Source of the DNA: an uncultured beta proteobacterium
GTDB lineage: Bacteria; Pseudomonadota; Gammaproteobacteria; Burkholderiales; Burkholderiaceae_C
Length of the DNA stretch: 64,000 nucleotides
NCBI GenBank assembly: GCA_963793855.1
Contig: CAWCBL010000004.1
Coordinates: 1,088,356 to 1,152,355 of the forward strand
Direction of reading: 5' to 3'
Each line of letters opens with the position of its first letter. Position 1 is the stretch's first letter. Shown piece by piece: positions 1 to 12,727 of the stretch. A program made the translations under genes and the position numbers. The notes beneath the pieces were generated by a model. The model made no database searches. It was not told the DNA's origin and was given only the letters and a program-made list of their open reading frames with translations.

Positions 1-2
1 TT

Positions 3-836
3 CACACTGTGCATGTCGGCGATTTGACCGGTGACGCTGATTGGAGTCAAGCACTGGCAGGCATCGGAGTTGTCGTTCACGCAGCGGCACGTGTGCACGT
101 GATGGATGACACGGCGGCTGATCCCTTGGTCGAATTTCGTCGCATTAACGTCTATGGCACGCTGAATCTCGCCCGACAGGCTGCAGTAGCCGGCGTGCGG
201 CGATTTGTCTTCATCAGTTCCATCAAAGTCAATGGGGAGGCCACGAAGCTGGGGTTTCCTTTTTCTGCTGACGACATTCCCGCTCCACTTGATCCTTACG
301 GCGTTTCCAAAATGGAGGCAGAGCAAGGATTACGCGAAATTGCTGCAGAAACGGGCATGGCGGTTGTGATCATTCGTCCCCCTTTGGTGTATGGAGCGGG
401 GGTGAAGGCTAATTTTCAGGCCATGATGCGCTGGTTGGTACGTGGCGTTCCTTTGCCATTGGGCGCCATTAATAACCGCCGTAGCCTGGTAGCGTTGGAC
501 AATTTGATTGATTTGATCGTGACTTGTGTTGACCATCCGGCCGCCGCAAACCAGACGTTTTTGGTTTCGGATGGAGAGGACTTGTCCACAACGCAATTGC
601 TGCAGCGCATGGCGCAGGCTTTGGGCAAGCCGGCTCGCTTGGTTCCTATTCCGCCCACACTGCTCAAGCTGGGGGCTGCGCTTTCGGGAAAAACTGCCGT
701 TGCGCAACGCTTGTGCGGGTCTTTGCAGGTTGACATATCGAAGACGCAGCAGTTGCTGGGGTGGGTTCCGCCCTTGTCTGTCGATGAGGGGCTAAAAAGA
801 GCGGCGGAGGGATATTTGCGTGAAGCGTCTGTTTGA
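3..836 (+). CDS. NAD-dependent epimerase/dehydratase (UDP-sugar 4-epimerase-like), 5'-truncated by window edge
   Basis: Extended SDR motifs VVVHAAARVH, YGVSK (YxxxK), IRPPLVYG; frame is open back to the window start. Confidence 0.9.
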   Translation, partial: HTVHVGDLTGDADWSQALAGIGVVVHAAARVHVMDDTAADPLVEFRRINVYGTLNLARQAAVAGVRRFVFISSIKVNGEATKLGFPFSADDIPAPLDPYGVSKMEAEQGLREIAAETGMAVVIIRPPLVYGAGVKANFQAMMRWLVRGVPLPLGAINNRRSLVALDNLIDLIVTCVDHPAAANQTFLVSDGEDLSTTQLLQRMAQALGKPARLVPIPPTLLKLGAALSGKTAVAQRLCGSLQVDISKTQQLLGWVPPLSVDEGLKRAAEGYLREASV

Positions 837-1380
837 TTTGGTGCTCGCCTTATGCGCGGCGGTGGTTTTGGTTCTTCCTGTCGCGGTGGTCGCCATGGCC
901 GTGCGTCTGACCTCTGCAGGGCCTGCCCTCTATTGGTCTGACCGGGTAGGCCGGGATAACAAGATTTTCAAAATGCCGAAGTTCCGCAGCATGCGCGTTG
1001 GCACACCGGCTGTGGCCACGCACCTGCTGGCGGACCCCAAGGCGCACCTCACGCCAATTGGCAGCTTTTTACGCAAGAGTAGTCTGGATGAGTTGCCCCA
1101 GCTATGGAGCATCCTGGTCGGCGACATGAGCTTTGTGGGCCCACGTCCGGCGCTGTTTAATCAGCATGACTTGATTGCCCTGCGCACGCAGCAGGGTGTG
1201 CATGCGCTGGTGCCGGGTCTGACAGGCTGGGCACAGGTCAATGGGCGCGATGAACTGCCGATCCCTGACAAGGTGAAGCTGGATGTGGAATACCTGCAGC
1301 GGCAATCGCTCTGGTTTGATATTCGAATTCTCTGGATGACCTTTGTGAAGGTACTGCGCAGGGATGGGGTTTCCCACTGA
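820..1380 (+). CDS. Undecaprenyl-phosphate sugar phosphotransferase (PglC/WcaJ C-terminal-like)
   Basis: KRLFD start, KFRSM, SLDELPQL, GDMSFVGPRP, PGLTGWAQVNGR motifs of the Bac_transf family. Confidence 0.92.
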   Translation: MKRLFDLVLALCAAVVLVLPVAVVAMAVRLTSAGPALYWSDRVGRDNKIFKMPKFRSMRVGTPAVATHLLADPKAHLTPIGSFLRKSSLDELPQLWSILVGDMSFVGPRPALFNQHDLIALRTQQGVHALVPGLTGWAQVNGRDELPIPDKVKLDVEYLQRQSLWFDIRILWMTFVKVLRRDGVSH

Positions 1381-1955
1381 TGAAACGGTTGATGATTGTT
1401 GGCGCTGGTGGTCACGGTCGCTCGGTTGCTGAAGCCGTGCTGGCCGCTGGAAAGTACAAATTGGCTGGCTTTGTGGATGATGCCGCCTCAAGCCTGCAGC
1501 ATGTCTGGGATTTGCCGGTATTTGGCGCTACTGCTGATCTGGCCAGCTACCGTGAGTATGCAGATGCGGCCATCGTTGCCCTCGGCAACAACTGCTTGCG
1601 CGAGGACCTGCACCAGAGGCTTTATGCTGCAGGCTTTGAACTGGCGACTGTTGTTCACCCCACGGCGATTGTTTCGCCTCGGGCCGTCGTTGGCGCGGGG
1701 AGCGCCATCATGGCAGGCGCCATCGTGGGCACCGAAGCTCAACTGGGCGCAGGCGTCATCGTCAATTGCGGCGCGGTGGTTGACCACCACTGCCGGGTTG
1801 AAGACTTCGGCCATTTGGGCGTCAATGCCAGCATGGCCGGGGGCACGGTCTTGGGTCGTGGGGCCTGGATGCAGGCGGCATCTGTCTTGGGTTATGGCGT
1901 GAAGGTTGAGGCCGGGGCGGTATTGGTGTCAGGTACGGCGTTAAACGGACAATAA
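1380..1955 (+). CDS. Sugar acetyltransferase, PglD/NeuD family
   Basis: GAGGHG N-terminus, VHPTA, hexapeptide repeats, VDHHC; 1-bp overlap with upstream stop. Confidence 0.88.
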   Translation: MKRLMIVGAGGHGRSVAEAVLAAGKYKLAGFVDDAASSLQHVWDLPVFGATADLASYREYADAAIVALGNNCLREDLHQRLYAAGFELATVVHPTAIVSPRAVVGAGSAIMAGAIVGTEAQLGAGVIVNCGAVVDHHCRVEDFGHLGVNASMAGGTVLGRGAWMQAASVLGYGVKVEAGAVLVSGTALNGQ

Positions 1956-1975
1956 GAAATTTAAAAGAATCACGA

Positions 1976-3934
<1,959 letters not shown>

Positions 3935-4100
3935 CGTATACCGTTCGGTTAAGCAGTTCGCCCTGAGTCTGGCGAATGGTTGTCATTCGAGCGCGAGACC
4001 GCTACCGCTTAGTCACGCGGAGGATTCTCCTTGAATGATTTTGGCGCCCGCGCCAATGCGGCACAATTTGCAGATTCTTATTTCCTGATTGCCAAGCACC

Positions 4101-5012
4101 ATGACCCACTCCTCTCCCTCCGACCCAGACCTCTCCCACATCGGCCCACGCGACAAGGCCGAAATCCTGGCTCAGGCGCTTCCCTATATCCGCAAGTTCC
4201 ATGGCAAGACTCTGGTCATCAAGTACGGCGGCAACGCCATGACGGACCCGGCGCTGCAGGCCGACTTTGCCGAAGACGTGGTGCTGCTCAAGCTGGTCGG
4301 CATGAATCCGGTGGTGGTGCATGGTGGCGGCCCGCAGATTGAAACGGCGCTCAACCGCCTGGGCAAAAAGGGACACTTCATTCAGGGCATGCGCGTGACG
4401 GATGAAGAAACCATGGAAGTGGTGGAGTGGGTGCTGGCCGGCCAGGTACAGCAGGACATCGTGGGCCTGATCAACCAGGCCGGCGGCAAGGCGGTCGGCC
4501 TGACGGGGCGTGACGGCGGCATGATCCGCGCGCAAAAGCTCAAGATGATTGACAAGGATGATTCAGGCAAAGAGCACGACATCGGCTTTGTCGGCGACAT
4601 CGTCAGCATCGACCCCAGCGTGGTGAAGGCGCTGCAGGACGATGCCTTTATTCCTGTCATCAGCCCGATTGGCTTTGGTGAAGACAACGAAAGCTACAAC
4701 ATCAATGCCGACGTGGTGGCGGGCAAGCTGGCCATCGTGCTCAAGGCCGAAAAGCTAATGCTGTTGACCAATACGCCCGGCGTGCTGAATAAGGCGGGTG
4801 AGCTGCTGACCGACCTGACGGCGCGCGAGATTGATGAGCTGTTTGCCGACGGCACAATTTCGGGCGGCATGCTGCCCAAAATCGAAGGTGCATTGGACGC
4901 CGCCAGAAGCGGCGTGAACGCCGTCCACATCATCGACGGCCGGGTGCCGCACGCGATGCTGCTGGAAATTTTGACCGACAAGGCCTACGGCACCATGATC
5001 CGCTCGCATTGA
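4101..5012 (+). CDS. argB: Acetylglutamate kinase
   Basis: [30 protein letters not shown] motifs; ATG at 4101 preferred over TTG at 4089. Confidence 0.96.
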   Translation: MTHSSPSDPDLSHIGPRDKAEILAQALPYIRKFHGKTLVIKYGGNAMTDPALQADFAEDVVLLKLVGMNPVVVHGGGPQIETALNRLGKKGHFIQGMRVTDEETMEVVEWVLAGQVQQDIVGLINQAGGKAVGLTGRDGGMIRAQKLKMIDKDDSGKEHDIGFVGDIVSIDPSVVKALQDDAFIPVISPIGFGEDNESYNINADVVAGKLAIVLKAEKLMLLTNTPGVLNKAGELLTDLTAREIDELFADGTISGGMLPKIEGALDAARSGVNAVHIIDGRVPHAMLLEILTDKAYGTMIRSH

Positions 5013-5058
5013 GCCGGATCGCCTCCACCTGGCGCTTGCGCGAGGGTCGGGATTCAGG

Positions 5059-5114
5059 CTAAACAGGTGCGAGGCCCCATGTTTTTTGGCGTAGCGCGCT
5101 ATTGAAAACATGGC
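5059..5114. repeat. Copy of a dispersed ~55-60 bp intergenic repeat ending in a GCTA-N9/11-TAGC-like palindrome
   Basis: Degenerate copies also at ~5985-6046, ~15497-15555, ~23655-23720, 33640-33699, 63421-63480 and one split by the IS (16388-16411 + 18031-18072); CTAAACAGGT is shared exactly between 5059 and 33640. Confidence 0.6.
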
Positions 5115-5309
5115 GATTCAGTTAGAAAAGCCTATTCCATAGGACATGGCCTGTTGCGAACATTCCCTGCTCGCAGCCGGGACGCTTTGCCTCGCATCAT
5201 CGGCGAAAACCCCCACAAGACGGATCCTGAGTCAACAGCGGCCTGTGCGAGAATCATTTGCAACCATTCTCGGTTTTTTGAAACATTTCTCTCTTTATCT
5301 ATCCCCCTT

Positions 5310-5960
5310 ATGTCCGACCACGTGTCTGAATCCGAACTGAGCCCGCCGACTGCACTTGCGGTGGCCGAGCCCGCAGCGCGCAAGCGCCCCAAGCCGGGTG
5401 AGCGCCGGGTCCAGATTCTGCAGGCGCTGGCGGCCATGCTGGAGCAGCCGGGTGTAGAGCGCATCACGACGTCGGCGCTGGCGGCCAAGCTGGAGGTGAG
5501 TGAAGCAGCGCTATATCGCCATTTCGCCAGCAAGGCGCAGATGTTCGAAGGGCTGATCGATTTCATCGAGCAGAGCGTTTTCACGCTGATCAATCAGCTC
5601 GCCGAGCGCGAGCCTGACCCGAAGGCACGCAGCCGCAAGCTGATCGCCATGGTCCTGCAATTCGGCGAAAAAAACCCCGGAATGACGCGCGTCATGGCCG
5701 GCGATGCGCTGGTGTTTGAAAATGAGCGGCTGCAGGAGCGCATGAATCAGTTCTTTGACAAGCTCGAATCCAGCTTGAAGCAAAACCTGCGCGATGCCGC
5801 AGCGGCCGCCGGCCTTGCCACGCCCATGGCGGATGCGCAGGTCCGCGCTTCGGTCATCACGGCCTTCATGGTTGGCCGTTTGCAGCGCTTTGCCCGCTCG
5901 GGTTTCCGGCGGCTGCCGTCCGAGCATCTGGACGCGAGCCTGGCGGCTATTCTGGTTTAA
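5310..5960 (+). CDS. slmA: Nucleoid occlusion factor SlmA (TetR family)
   Basis: RKRPKPGERRVQILQALAAMLE, ITTSALAAKLEVSEAALYRHF; lies downstream of argB as in Burkholderiales; ATG 5310 chosen over upstream GTG. Confidence 0.9.
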   Translation: MSDHVSESELSPPTALAVAEPAARKRPKPGERRVQILQALAAMLEQPGVERITTSALAAKLEVSEAALYRHFASKAQMFEGLIDFIEQSVFTLINQLAEREPDPKARSRKLIAMVLQFGEKNPGMTRVMAGDALVFENERLQERMNQFFDKLESSLKQNLRDAAAAAGLATPMADAQVRASVITAFMVGRLQRFARSGFRRLPSEHLDASLAAILV

Positions 5961-6058
5961 ATCGGCCCGCGCCAGGACGGATGATGCTATAAATAGCGTA
6001 GCTGCTTGATCCCGTATTTATGGGGTTGCATGTCTTTTTCTTTAAAAGGTGAAATGCC

Positions 6059-6907
6059 ATGAAACTTGTTCGCTACGGCAAACCGGGAAAAGAAAAGCCA
6101 GGCCTGATTGACGCTGACGGCAAGCTGCGCGATTTGAGCGCGCATATCCTGGACATGGGTCCCGACCAGCTCAGCGATGCGGCGCTGGCCAGGCTGCGCA
6201 AACTCAAGACCGATAAGTTGCCGCTGGTCAAAGGCTCGCCGCGTATGGGATGCCCGCTTACCGGCACGCGCAAGTTCATCGCCATTGGGCTGAATTACGC
6301 CGATCACGCAGCCGAGTCCGGCCTGCCCATTCCTGCGGAGCCCGTGGTGTTCATGAAGGCCACAAGCTGCATCCAGGGTCCGAACGATCCGGTCATGCTG
6401 CCCAAAGGCTCGGTCAAGACCGACTGGGAGGTCGAGCTTGGCGTGGTCATTGGTACGCGGGCACGCTATGTGTCGCAGAAAGAGGCGCTGAATCATGTTG
6501 CCGGTTACTGCACCATCAACGATGTCAGTGAGCGCGAGTTCCAGATCGAGCGCGGCGGCACCTGGGACAAGGGCAAGGGCTGCGATACCTTTGGCCCGAT
6601 CGGCCCCTGGCTGGTGACGCGCGATGAGGTGCCGAATCCGCAGCGGCTGGAGATGTGGCTGGATGTCAATGGCCTGCGCATGCAGACCGGCTCTACTCGG
6701 ACCATGATCTTCAGCGTGGCCAAAATCATCAGCTATGTCAGCCAGTTCATGACGCTGGAGCCCGGCGATGTCATCACCACCGGCACGCCGCCCGGTGTGG
6801 GTATGGGCATGAAGCCGCCGGTGTTCCTGAAAAAAGGCGACCAAATGGCGCTGGGCATTCACGGTCTGGGTGAGCAGCGGCAACTCGTGGTGCCCTTCAA
6901 ACTGTAA
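6059..6907 (+). CDS. Fumarylacetoacetate hydrolase family protein
   Basis: IAIGLNYADH, DWEVELGVVIG, NDVSER, DKGKGCDTFGP, TGTPPGVG. Confidence 0.92.
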   Translation: MKLVRYGKPGKEKPGLIDADGKLRDLSAHILDMGPDQLSDAALARLRKLKTDKLPLVKGSPRMGCPLTGTRKFIAIGLNYADHAAESGLPIPAEPVVFMKATSCIQGPNDPVMLPKGSVKTDWEVELGVVIGTRARYVSQKEALNHVAGYCTINDVSEREFQIERGGTWDKGKGCDTFGPIGPWLVTRDEVPNPQRLEMWLDVNGLRMQTGSTRTMIFSVAKIISYVSQFMTLEPGDVITTGTPPGVGMGMKPPVFLKKGDQMALGIHGLGEQRQLVVPFKL

Positions 6908-7028
6908 AAAGCGGCCAAGCATCCACATTGGGACCGGGTTTACCCTTGGTTTGCCTAGGCCTTGCTCTCTATTAATGGGTGTCCGGGAGCGAAATCAGGA
7001 GCCGCCGCTTATTAAATTGGTGCAAAAT

Positions 7029-7042
7029 AGAACGGTCGTTCT
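7029..7042. promoter_or_regulatory. Palindromic operator AGAACG-GT-CGTTCT, probable binding site of the adjacent TetR (PsrA-like) repressor
   Basis: Perfect 6-bp inverted repeat with 2-bp spacer, 21 bp upstream of the TetR start; autoregulatory position; resemblance to PsrA boxes is from recall. Confidence 0.55.
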
Positions 7043-7063
7043 TTTTATTTTGCCCCAACATCC

Positions 7064-7819
7064 ATGTCCGCCTCTGCACTCCCCGTTAAAACCACTCGCG
7101 CGTCGTCCGCGAGTGCGGCGACGCCCAAAGGCCAGCACAAGGGTCAGCAGACCAAGGCGGCCATTGTGGATGCCGCCTTGGGCTTGGCCACGCAAATTGG
7201 CCTTGAAGGCCTGAGCATAGGCGCGCTGGCCGAGGTCATGCGCATGAGCAAGTCGGGCGTGTTTGCCCACTTCGGCTCGCGCGAAGAGCTTCAGATCTCG
7301 GTGATCCGCGAATACCACGCCAGGTTCGAGGAAGAGGTGTTCTTTCCGGCGCTCAAGCAAGCGCGCGGCCTGCCTCGCCTGCAAGCGCTGTTCCATAACT
7401 GGATGAACCGCACCTCCGTCGAAATCGACTCGGGCTGTCTGTATATCAGCGGCGCGGTTGAATTCGACGACCGGCCCGGGCCGGTGCGTGATGCGCTGGC
7501 CGAATCGTTTCGAACCTGGCTGGCCGCCATGTACCGCGCGGTCGTGCAGGCCAAAGAGGCGGGTCATCTGCAGTCCGATGCTGACGAGCAGCAGGTAGCC
7601 TTCGAGATCCATGGCCTCATCCTGGCGCTGCATTACGAAGCCCGATTTTTGAAGACCCCCGGCTCCACAGTCCGGGCTGAAACAGGTTTTTCCAACATCC
7701 TGGCGCGCTATGGCAATGCGGCCCCGCCTCTCGGTTTTTCCGCCAGATCTCCCTGCAGTTCACCGCCGCCGAGCAAAGTCTCGGCGAAGTCATCCCCTTC
7801 CAAACCGTCTCAAAGCTAA
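7064..7819 (+). CDS. TetR/AcrR family regulator heading the beta-oxidation operon
   Basis: HTH GLEGLSIGALAEVMRMSKSGVFAHFGSREEL; first gene before acyl-CoA dehydrogenase. Confidence 0.9.
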   Translation: MSASALPVKTTRASSASAATPKGQHKGQQTKAAIVDAALGLATQIGLEGLSIGALAEVMRMSKSGVFAHFGSREELQISVIREYHARFEEEVFFPALKQARGLPRLQALFHNWMNRTSVEIDSGCLYISGAVEFDDRPGPVRDALAESFRTWLAAMYRAVVQAKEAGHLQSDADEQQVAFEIHGLILALHYEARFLKTPGSTVRAETGFSNILARYGNAAPPLGFSARSPCSSPPPSKVSAKSSPSKPSQS

Positions 7820-7828
7820 AGGACCTCC

Positions 7829-9625
7829 ATGCCACAGTACACCCCCCCCTGCGCGACATGCAATTCGTCATGCACGAAGTGCTCAAGGTCACTGACGAGT
7901 TGAAGGGCCTGCCACGGCATGCCGACATCGACCCTGAAACCATCAATGCGGTGCTGGAAGAGGGCGGAAAGTTTGCGTCGCAAGTTGCTTTTCCCCTCAA
8001 CATCAGTGGTGACGAAGAAGGTTGCACGCTTGACAAGACCACCCATGAAGTGACGCCGCCCAAAGGCTTCAAGGAAGCCTACGCGCAATATGTCGAAGGC
8101 GGCTGGGCTGCGCTGAGCTGCGACCCCGAATACGGCGGCCAGGGCTTGCCTTTCGTGGTCAACCAGTGTTTTTACGAGATGATGAACTCGGCCAACCAGG
8201 CCTGGACCATGTACCCCGGCCTGTCGCATGGCGCCTATGAGGCGCTGCACGCGCACGGCACCGAAGATCAGAAAAAAATCTACCTGCCCAAGCTCACCAG
8301 CGGCGAGTGGACAGGCACCATGTGCCTGACCGAGCCGCATTGCGGGCACCGACCTGGGCCTGCTACGGACCAAGGCCGAACCGCAGGCTGACGGCACATA
8401 CAAGCTGACCGGCAACAAGATTTTCATCAGTGCCGGCGAGCACGACATGACCAGCAACATCGTGCACCTGGTGCTGGCCCGTTTGCCCGATGCACCGCAG
8501 GGCAGCAAAGGCATCAGCCTGTTTGCCGTGCCGAAATTCAACGTCAACAAAGATGGTTCGGTGGGTTCACGCAATGGCATCCACTGCGGCGGCCTGGAGC
8601 ACAAGATGGGCATCCACGGAAACTCCACATGCCAGATGGTGCTTGAAGAAGCCGTCGGCACCATCGTGGGCGCGCCCAACAAGGGTCTGGCCGCGATGTT
8701 CGTGATGATGAATGCCGCCCGTCTGGGCGTGGGCAACCAGTCGCTGGGCCTGACCGAGGTGGCTTACCAGAATGCGCTGGCCTATGCCAAGGACCGCATC
8801 CAGATGCGCTCGCTTACTGGCGTCAAGGCCAAGGACAAGCCGGCCGACCCGATCATCGTGCATCCGGACGTGCGCAAGATGCTATTGACCGCCAAGGCTT
8901 ACGCGGAAGGCGGCCGTGCTTTGGCCATCTACTGCACACTGTTGCTGGACAAGGAGCTTTACCATCCTGACGAAAAGGTGCGCAAGGATTCGGGTGAAAT
9001 CGTCGCGCTGCTGACGCCCATCGTGAAGGCTTTCCTGACCGACAACGGCCACATTTCGACCAACGCCTGCATGCAGGTCTTTGGCGGCCATGGCTTCATC
9101 AAGGAATGGGGCATGGAGCAGTTTGTGCGCGACAACCGCATCAACATGATTTATGAAGGCACCAACACCATCCAGTCACTTGACCTGCTGGGCCGCAAGG
9201 TGCTGGGCAACAACGGCGCCACGCTGAAGAAATTCGGCAAGATCATTGGCGCGCTGATTGCCGAAGAAGGCGTGAACGAGAAGATGGCCGAGTTCATCAA
9301 CCCGCTGGCCTACCTGGCTGACCAGATGACCAAGTTCACGACCGAACTGGGCTTCAAGGGCTTCCAGAACCCGGACGAAGTGGGCGCGGCTGCGGTGGAT
9401 TACCTGCGCGTCGCGGGTCACCTGGTGTTTGGCTACTTCTGGGCCCGCATGGCGCAAACCGCGCTGCGTGAAATCGCCGCTGGCAACACCGACCCGTTTT
9501 ACCTGGCCAAGGTGCAGACGGCACGCTTTTACTTTGCCAAGCTGTTCCCTGAAACCGCGATGCTCATGCGCACGGCACGCAGCGGCAGCAAGGCGCTGAT
9601 GGACACGGACGCCGCACTGGCCTGA
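7829..9625 (+). pseudogene. Acyl-CoA dehydrogenase with two single-base frameshifts (real or sequencing error)
   Basis: MPQYTPP start at 7829 is out of frame with MQFVMHE (C8 run at 7842-7849, C9 needed); extra G at ~8343-8345 breaks EPHCGTDLG; ORFs 7858-8391 and 8447-9625 carry MCLTEPHC, QVFGGHG, IYEGTN. Confidence 0.85.
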
Positions 9626-9637
9626 GTTTCTGGCAGG

Positions 9638-9673
9638 CGTGGGTCGGATTTGCGCAGCGTAAGCCGACCCACG
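9638..9673. repeat. REP-like palindrome
   Basis: CGTGGGTCGG-N16-CCGACCCACG, perfect 10-bp arms just after the acyl-CoA dehydrogenase stop. Confidence 0.65.
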
Positions 9674-9708
9674 ATCTGATTTGTTAACTTTTTCTTGGTG
9701 GAGCCCTT

Positions 9709-10143
9709 ATGAAACGTGCACTGATAGCTATGTTTTTAGGAGCGATGGCCTTTTCTGCGCTGGCGCAGACCACGCCGGCGGGCCTGTGGCGCAGTTTTGA
9801 CGACAAAACCGGCGAGGCCAAAGCAGAGGTGCGAATCACCGAAGCGGCGGGTGTGATGAGCGGAAAAATTGAAAAGCGCCTGCTCATAACCGCCAAGTCC
9901 GAGGATGTCTGCACCCACTGCAGCGACGAGCGCAAGGACAAGCCCATCGTCGGCCTCGAAATCATTCGTGGCGCGAAAAAGGCCGCAGAGCGCGAGGTCT
10001 GGGAAGGCGGCAAGATTCTGGATCCGGAAAACGGCCGCAGCTACACCTTGAGAATGACGCCCATAGAAGACGGCAAAAAGCTTGAAGTCAGAGGCTCTTT
10101 CGGGCCTTTCGGCCGGACCCAGACCTGGGTCCGCCTTCAGTAA
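9709..10143 (+). CDS. DUF2147-type exported protein
   Basis: Signal-peptide-like N-terminus, GLWRSFDD, WEGGKILDPENG, RTQTWVR. Confidence 0.8.
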   Translation: MKRALIAMFLGAMAFSALAQTTPAGLWRSFDDKTGEAKAEVRITEAAGVMSGKIEKRLLITAKSEDVCTHCSDERKDKPIVGLEIIRGAKKAAEREVWEGGKILDPENGRSYTLRMTPIEDGKKLEVRGSFGPFGRTQTWVRLQ

Positions 10144-10182
10144 TCCAGACCCATCAACCGAGTCAATCGAAGAAAGAAATCC

Positions 10183-12615
10183 ATGTCACGTTTCCAGGTT
10201 AAAAAAGTCGCCGTGCTGGGCGCGGGCGTGATGGGCGCGCAGATCGCCGCCCATCTGGTCAATCTCAAGGTGCCGGTGGTGCTCTTCGATTTGCCAGCCA
10301 AAGAGGGGCCGAAAAACGGCATTGTCAGCCGGGCGATTGAGGCGCTCAAGAAGCTCAAGCCGGCCCCGCTGGGCGTGGCTGAAGACGCCGTGCTGATCCA
10401 GCAGGCCAACTACGAAGAACACATGGACGTGCTCAAAGAGTGCGACCTCATCATCGAGGCCATTGCCGAGCGCATGGACTGGAAGACAGACCTGTACCAC
10501 AAGATTGCGCCCTTCATTGCTGATGGCGCCATTGTGGCCAGCAACACTTCGGGCCTGTCGATCACCATGCTGAGCGAAGCGCTGCCCGAGTCCATCAAGC
10601 CGCGCTTTTGCGGCATCCATTTCTTCAACCCGCCGCGCTACATGGCCCTGGTGGAACTGATTAACACGCCGACCACCGAACCCAAGGTACTGGACGACCT
10701 CGAAGCTTTTGTTACCACCGCGCTGGGCAAGGGCGTGGTGCGTGCGCATGACACGCCCAATTTCATCGCCAACCGCGTCGGCATTGCCGGCATGCTGGCG
10801 ACCATGAAGGAAGCCGAAGCCTTTGGCCTGAGCTACGACGTGGTCGATGACCTGACCGGCAAGAAGCTGGGCCGTGCCAGCTCGGGCACCTTCCGCACTG
10901 CCGACGTGGTGGGCCTGGACACGATGGCGCACGTCATCAGGACGCTGCAGGAAAACCTCGGCCCCGTGGGTAGCGGAAAAGTGGAAGATCCGTTCTCTGA
11001 AAGCTATGGCACGCCGCCCGTGCTTGCCCGGCTGCTCGAAGCCAAGAGCCTGGGCCAGAAAACCGGCGCCGGCTTCTACAAGAAAGTCGGCCGCGACATT
11101 TTGCGGCTGAACCCGGAGAGCATGGAATACGTGCCCGGTGGCGGCAAGGCCGACGAAGTGGTTGGCCGCATGCTGAAAAAGCCCGCTGGCGAGCGGCTGA
11201 AGCTGCTGCGCGACGCTGAAGGCGCCGAGCAGCGTTTCCTGTGGGCCATTTTGCGCGACCAGTTCCACTATGCCGCCGTGCATCTGGAGAGCATTGCCGA
11301 AACAGCCCGCGACATCGACTTTGCCATGCGCTGGGGTTTTGGCTTCAAGCAGGGCCCGTTCGAGTTGTGGCAGGAAGCCGGCTGGCTGCAGGTCGCCACC
11401 TGGATCAAGGAAGACATTGATGCAGGCAAGGCGCTGAGCACCGCGCCGCTGCCAGACTGGGTTTTCAACGGTCCAGTGGCTGTAGCCGGTGGTGTGCACA
11501 CGCCGGAAGGCTCCTGGAGCGCCTCGGTCAAAAAATTCATTCCGCGCCGCGACCTGCCCGTGTATGCGCGCCAGCATTTCCCTGAGAACGTGCTGGGCTC
11601 CAACGCGCCTGCCTTCCAGACAGCCGGCACGACGCTGCACGAGGATGATGCAATTCGCCTGTGGACGCTGGACGGCGCCCATTGGGAAAAGGGCGATGTG
11701 GTGATCGCCAGCATCAAGACCAAGATGCATGCCATCAGCCCCGATGTGGTGGAAGGTCTGGTCATGGGTGTTGACCTGGCGGAGCAGAGCTACAAGGGCA
11801 TGGTGATCTGGTCGAACGATGAGATGTTCTCGGCAGGTGCCGATCTGCAGGCCATGCTGCCGGCCTTCATGATGGCCGGTGTCTCGGCCGTCGAAGGCGC
11901 CGAGGCCGAAATGCAGGCCATGATGCTCAAGCTGCGCTATGCGACGGTTCCTGTGGTGTCTGCCGTTCGCGGTCTGGCGCTGGGCGGTGGCTGCGAAATG
12001 GCGGTGCATTCGGCCAAACGCGTGGCCACGCTGGAGAGCTACATCGGCCTGGTGGAAGTCGGCGTGGGCCTGGTGCCAGGCGCTGGCGGCCTGACCTACA
12101 TCGCACGGCGTGCCGCCGAAAACGCTGCCACCTCGACCAATAAAGACCTCCTGCCTTTCCTGACCGAGGGCTTTACCGCAGCGGCCATGGCCAAAGTTGG
12201 CACCAGCGCCCTGGAAAGCCGCAAGCTGGGCTACCTGCTGGACAGCGACGTGATCGTTCCCAACAAGGACGAGCTGCTGTTCGTGGCCATCAACGAGGCG
12301 CGTGCGCTATTCGATTCGGGCTACCGCGCGCCCCTCAAGCGCCTGTTCCCGGTGGCGGGCCGCAACGGCCTGGCCACCATCAAGGGCCAGCTGGTCAACA
12401 TGCGCGACGGCGGCTTCATCAGCGCCCACGACTATCACATTGCCAGCCTGATCGCCGGCGTGGTCTGCGGCGGCGATGTGGATGCCGGCACGCTGGTGAC
12501 GGAGGAGTATGTGATGACGCTGGAGCGCAAGGCCTTCTGCTCGCTGCTGGAGCATCCCAAGACGCAGGAACGCATCATGGGCATGATGAGTACCGGCAAA
12601 CCCGTGAGGAACTGA
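10183..12615 (+). CDS. 3-hydroxyacyl-CoA dehydrogenase / enoyl-CoA hydratase fusion (FadN-like)
   Basis: GAGVMG Rossmann motif, ASNTSGL, HFFNPP, C-terminal crotonase FSAGADL, GGGCE, EVGVGLVP. Confidence 0.95.
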   Translation: MSRFQVKKVAVLGAGVMGAQIAAHLVNLKVPVVLFDLPAKEGPKNGIVSRAIEALKKLKPAPLGVAEDAVLIQQANYEEHMDVLKECDLIIEAIAERMDWKTDLYHKIAPFIADGAIVASNTSGLSITMLSEALPESIKPRFCGIHFFNPPRYMALVELINTPTTEPKVLDDLEAFVTTALGKGVVRAHDTPNFIANRVGIAGMLATMKEAEAFGLSYDVVDDLTGKKLGRASSGTFRTADVVGLDTMAHVIRTLQENLGPVGSGKVEDPFSESYGTPPVLARLLEAKSLGQKTGAGFYKKVGRDILRLNPESMEYVPGGGKADEVVGRMLKKPAGERLKLLRDAEGAEQRFLWAILRDQFHYAAVHLESIAETARDIDFAMRWGFGFKQGPFELWQEAGWLQVATWIKEDIDAGKALSTAPLPDWVFNGPVAVAGGVHTPEGSWSASVKKFIPRRDLPVYARQHFPENVLGSNAPAFQTAGTTLHEDDAIRLWTLDGAHWEKGDVVIASIKTKMHAISPDVVEGLVMGVDLAEQSYKGMVIWSNDEMFSAGADLQAMLPAFMMAGVSAVEGAEAEMQAMMLKLRYATVPVVSAVRGLALGGGCEMAVHSAKRVATLESYIGLVEVGVGLVPGAGGLTYIARRAAENAATSTNKDLLPFLTEGFTAAAMAKVGTSALESRKLGYLLDSDVIVPNKDELLFVAINEARALFDSGYRAPLKRLFPVAGRNGLATIKGQLVNMRDGGFISAHDYHIASLIAGVVCGGDVDAGTLVTEEYVMTLERKAFCSLLEHPKTQERIMGMMSTGKPVRN

Positions 12616-12654
12616 TGAACACCCCCGTCGGACGCTCACTGCGTGTAGCACCTT

Positions 12655-12710
12655 CCCCCCTTGCAGGGGGCAACACCAGCAGCCCGGCTAAGCCGGTTCT
12701 GCGGTGTTCG
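12655..12710. repeat. Compound hairpin repeat element
   Basis: CCCCC-cttgca-GGGGG followed by AACACC.GCAG.CCGGC-taa-GCCGG..CTGC.GGTGTT. Confidence 0.6.
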
Positions 12711-12727
12711 CTGGTAGGGGAAAGGTG

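Noticed and set aside
10186-12009. Long antisense ORFs (also 2192-3208, 7816-8736, 13560-14483, 18305-19981, 25209-26141, 62357-63298)
   Set aside because: Shadow frames of GC-rich genes with clear families on the opposite strand
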